Shown here in pieces: positions 24,792-27,535 of a DNA stretch of 27,535 nt. The position numbers and the translations under genes are program-made. The notes under the pieces were generated by a model, which saw only the letters and a program-made list of their open reading frames with translations, searched no databases and was not told the origin of the DNA. This DNA comes from a virus (taxonomy: Duplodnaviria; Caudoviricetes). The number at the start of each line of letters is the position of its first letter. Positions within the stretch are counted from its first letter, which is position 1. The stretch covers positions 1-27,535 of the IMG/VR virus record IMGVR_UViG_3300033067_001330. One strand, given 5' to 3'.

Positions 24792-25310
24792 ATGCTTGTC
24801 CAGAGGCACGCTGATGGTGCCCGCGATGTCGAGCTGATCCACGATTTTCTGGAGTTCCGGCTGGCTCTTGGCGAGCTTGCGCAGGTGTTGACGGGCTTTC
24901 TTACTTTCCGCCAAGAATTCGATTTCCGTCGTCCGCTCCGCGTCGAACAGCTTGAGCACGTCGAGGAAGTCGATTGCCAGTGGCTTATCGAAGGAGCCGA
25001 CGACGCCCGCCACGCCGGGCATGTCTATCAGTTTCGGCCAATGCGGATCGCGGACGAAGACATACCCTACGATGAGCGCAAAGCGACGCTGCTTCCACAA
25101 GTAGGGCTTCAGCCGATCGCGCATCAGCCGCTTTTCGACCGGCATGTAATAGGTGATACCGGCGTCTGTCAGGACACGCTCGATGGCGCTCATATTCGGG
25201 TTGAGGCTGGGGACGATGCGGTAGCCCTTGCGGCTGCGCGTCTTCTCGACCGCGTATTCGCGTTGAGGGAGCTGCGCGCCGGGCTCGGTGCGGATTGCGT
25301 ACCACGTCAT
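24777..25310 (-). CDS. NusG-like (NGN domain) transcription antiterminator, phage late regulator
   Basis: MTWYAIRTEPG...IERVLTDAGITYYMP...ALIVGYVFV...PGVAGVVG; in the Q-equivalent position before the late genes. Confidence 0.82.
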   Translation of the reverse strand: MTWYAIRTEPGAQLPQREYAVEKTRSRKGYRIVPSLNPNMSAIERVLTDAGITYYMPVEKRLMRDRLKPYLWKQRRFALIVGYVFVRDPHWPKLIDMPGVAGVVGSFDKPLAIDFLDVLKLFDAERTTEIEFLAESKKARQHLRKLAKSQPELQKIVDQLDIAGTISVPLDKHLAAA

Positions 25311-25314
25311 TAGG

Positions 25315-25518
25315 TCACCTGTGAGAAGGGCTCTCTTGGTCGGCGAGTTCTTCGGCCTCCATGCGAATGACGCGCTGGCCCAATTCGCCACCACGCTCCT
25401 TTGCAATCTGCCGAACCGTGTGTTGGATTGCTGAGTGCTTCATGAACGCATTGAACGCAAAGCTTTCGATCATCGCGACCGTCAACATTTCCAGCTCACG
25501 CAAGGGGTCGTGCTTCAT
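25315..25518 (-). CDS. Hypothetical protein (67 aa)
   Basis: AGGTG RBS-like sequence, fills the operon gap. Confidence 0.55.
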   Translation of the reverse strand: MKHDPLRELEMLTVAMIESFAFNAFMKHSAIQHTVRQIAKERGGELGQRVIRMEAEELADQESPSHR

Positions 25519-25548
25519 TCGGTCACCTGCTTTGCTTCACGTGGAACA

Positions 25549-25956
25549 TTACAGACTGCGCAGTGAGCGGCCCATCTTGGCGCGCTTGGCGACATAGGCT
25601 CGCTTGCCGTGCAGTATCGTCGTGTGGTCGCGGCCGCCAAGAAAACGCCCGATCCGAACCGCCGAGTGCGTCGTGAGCCGCAGCGACCAGTAGGCGACGA
25701 ATTGGCGGGCCATGACCACGCGCTCGGTCCTCCTTGCGCAACGCAAGTCAACGCCGGTCACACGAAAGAGCCGACACGCCCGCCGCTCGATGCGCTGATA
25801 TTTGGTCAACGGAATGAGCTGGACGACTGGCTTCGGACGCGGGCGGGCGGCTTCGTGCTCGGCCAACAGACGCTCGTGCAGATTCCGCACAATCTGCGGC
25901 ACATTGGTTCGACCGGCTATGCCACGTTCCGTATTTCGAGACGACGCAACGAACAT
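25549..25956 (-). CDS. DnaA C-terminal (domain IV) HTH protein
   Basis: RRTERVVMARQFVAY...IGRFLGGRDHTTILHG matches the Bac_DnaA_C signature; AGGAG RBS. Confidence 0.85.
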   Translation of the reverse strand: MFVASSRNTERGIAGRTNVPQIVRNLHERLLAEHEAARPRPKPVVQLIPLTKYQRIERRACRLFRVTGVDLRCARRTERVVMARQFVAYWSLRLTTHSAVRIGRFLGGRDHTTILHGKRAYVAKRAKMGRSLRSL

Positions 25957-25965
25957 GGCGAACTC

Positions 25966-26484
25966 CTACGCTGCTGACTTTTCGGGCTTAGGAATGGGTT
26001 TTGCCGGACGCCATGTCGGGTCAGGTCCAAACAGGTCGCCGATCTCTGGTCGGTCATCGAGCGGACCTGGACACCAAATCGAGCCGCGCGGATGGATACC
26101 TCGATCAATGAGGCCGAAAGCGTAGTCCTTCGTGCATTTGCGTAGCAAAAGCTTGGAAGCCGGCTGGCGGTAGTAGTAAATCCGGCCCGTATAGGCCTTC
26201 GTCGCCGGCCGCGACGGAAGCGTGCGACGGACAATGTCGGCAAGCTCCGGAGGATGCGGGCAGAATTTCTTGCTGAGGTCTTCAAACTCACCGCGAAGGA
26301 AGCGCCGGATGCCGTGCGCAATCGCCTCGATAGGGAAGCCCTGCAAGGCACCGATGTACCCCATGACCGCCTTCTCAGGGTCGGTTCCGCGCGGGAAGGG
26401 CATGGAGTTGAACAAGATTTGCAGCGCCGCCGCGATCTGTTCGTTCGTAGCCGGCGACGATTGTTGGACCTGTGTGTGCTGCAT
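25966..26484 (-). CDS. Replication-associated protein (helicase-loader position)
   Basis: YIGALQGFPIEAIAHGIRRFLRGE....FCPHPPELA pattern; overlaps the initiator 3' end; start uncertain. Confidence 0.6.
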   Translation of the reverse strand: MQHTQVQQSSPATNEQIAAALQILFNSMPFPRGTDPEKAVMGYIGALQGFPIEAIAHGIRRFLRGEFEDLSKKFCPHPPELADIVRRTLPSRPATKAYTGRIYYYRQPASKLLLRKCTKDYAFGLIDRGIHPRGSIWCPGPLDDRPEIGDLFGPDPTWRPAKPIPKPEKSAA

Positions 26485-27073
26485 CGGACTCGCCATTGAT
26501 GATGCGATTGAGAACCGCGTTGTATCCATCGCCCTGATGTGGCGCGGGAGGCGCTGCGGCGCGCGGTGCCTGGGTGATGTTGCGGCGGTACCAGACGCGC
26601 CACGTTGCCGGCCAATCGAGCTTCAGGCCCTCCTTGCCTGGCTTTGCCCGCCAGTAGTCGCAAAAGTTCGCCGCTTGGCGCTCTGCATCCTGTCGTTGAA
26701 CGCCATCGGCAACCGCCGCTTCGATGTCCGGAGAAAAGTCGTCGGGAATGCGCGTCCCTCGGTGCGACCGAGCCGCAGGCGAGGTATCTTTCTTCCCTTC
26801 CTTGTTTCCAGATATCTTCTCTGTAGGAAGGTTATCCAATCCGCGCGCTATGCCCTCGCGCGAGTCGTTAGCTAACGTTTGCAAACGTTTACTAACGTTA
26901 GGCTCACGTTTGTTTTGCCACCGATGCCACCTCTCGCGGCCTTTTGCCTTTCTGGCTTCATCTGCATCGACGAGCGCTTTGGCCTCGGCATCCATCAGAT
27001 CCAGCACGCCAGCAATCTGCTCGGTCGACAAACCGAGCGCGGCTAGTGCGCGAAATCGCTCGGCACTGTTCAA
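26375..27073 (-). CDS. Phage replication initiator (O-like position, DnaT-like C-terminal domain)
   Basis: RGTRIPDDFSPD...FCDYWRAKPG...KLDWPATWRVWYRR; contains internal repeats, as lambda O does. Confidence 0.75.
   Translation of the reverse strand: MNSAERFRALAALGLSTEQIAGVLDLMDAEAKALVDADEARKAKGRERWHRWQNKREPNVSKRLQTLANDSREGIARGLDNLPTEKISGNKEGKKDTSPAARSHRGTRIPDDFSPDIEAAVADGVQRQDAERQAANFCDYWRAKPGKEGLKLDWPATWRVWYRRNITQAPRAAAPPAPHQGDGYNAVLNRIINGESDAAHTGPTIVAGYERTDRGGAANLVQLHALPARNRP
26867..26912. repeat. Tandem 10-bp palindromic iterons, probable replication origin
   Basis: GTTAGCTAAC GTTTGCAAAC GTTTACTAAC GTTAGGCTCAC GTTTG inside the initiator gene, next to a pyrimidine-skewed AT-rich tract (about 26785-26840). 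Confidence 0.75.
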
Positions 27074-27453
27074 GCCGCCACCCTCCCCCGCACGGGCACG
27101 CCAAACGAGCGCAGCGCCTCTACAGCCTCATCCAGGCTGCGCACGACCGCCTGGCTGCCATTGCCAGCCGTAAGCCAGTCGCTCCATTCTGTTTGGTCAG
27201 GAGATAGCCGGCCGCTCGACGACTTGACTTCAAGCGCCGCAAACCACCCGTCATTGCGCAGGACGAGCAGATCAGGTGCGCCGGGCGTCAGTCCTTCGCG
27301 TTTCAGCCGCGCAATGGTCCTTGGATCGGCCTGAAACCGACCGTTGGGTATCGAAATGACCCTGTAGCTCGGCGGAAGCTCGTCGCGCAAAAACGAGACG
27401 ATAGCGCACTGAGTGCGGCTCTCCTCCCAGAATGAGCGGTTGTCGCGCGCCAC
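27070..27453 (-). CDS. VRR-NUC domain nuclease (Holliday junction resolvase-like)
   Basis: ESRTQ..IPNG..LKREGLTPGAPDL...LEVKSSSGRLSPDQ. Confidence 0.9.
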   Translation of the reverse strand: MARDNRSFWEESRTQCAIVSFLRDELPPSYRVISIPNGRFQADPRTIARLKREGLTPGAPDLLVLRNDGWFAALEVKSSSGRLSPDQTEWSDWLTAGNGSQAVVRSLDEAVEALRSFGVPVRGRVAA

Positions 27454-27456
27454 GTC

Positions 27457-27535
27457 TCACCCCGCCACGTCGCATTCATAAGGATCGGCGAGGCCAAGGC
27501 GCTTGCTGCGTTCTTGCGAAATCCAGCGGAGCACC
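27457..27535 (-). CDS. 3' end of a hypothetical gene (partial)
   Basis: Frame VLRWISQERSKRLGLADPYECDVAG ends just before the VRR-NUC start. Confidence 0.45.
   Translation of the reverse strand, partial: VLRWISQERSKRLGLADPYECDVAG

Noticed and set aside
1-27535. CRISPR array, tRNA, rRNA or IS element
   Set aside because: No regularly spaced repeats, cloverleaf, rRNA-like sequence or transposase motif found by eye.

Overview
GC-rich segment of a P22-like (podovirus-type) temperate phage genome; the gene families suggest an alphaproteobacterial, probably Rhizobiales, host (inference). On the + strand, 1-3401 is the end of the early-left operon: ASCH, HNH, Ead-like genes, a minimal class II Fic, an xis-like ORF and an integrase that has lost its catalytic domain. 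An eroded att-region mosaic follows (3330-3940). The - strand, read right to left, carries VRR-NUC, a replication initiator with internal palindromic iterons, a DnaA-C-domain protein, a NusG-like antiterminator, terS/terL, portal, scaffold, P22-type coat, decoration protein, a glycosyltransferase, adaptor/nozzle, four ejection proteins, tail fibre, GH108 endolysin, holin and a four-hairpin terminator. Three + strand inserts interrupt this operon. (1) An antisense NUMOD4-HNH homing endonuclease sits in the catalytic Glu codon of the endolysin and carries a recoded replacement 5' end with its own RBS, leaving the original N-terminus stranded upstream. (2) A probably leaderless two-TM membrane gene lies among the ejection genes (superinfection-exclusion-like). 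(3) A two-gene moron has acr-aca architecture: strong promoter with palindromic operator, small acidic ORF, then an Aca2/DUF1870-like HTH gene. All family calls come from motif recognition by eye; no searches were run.
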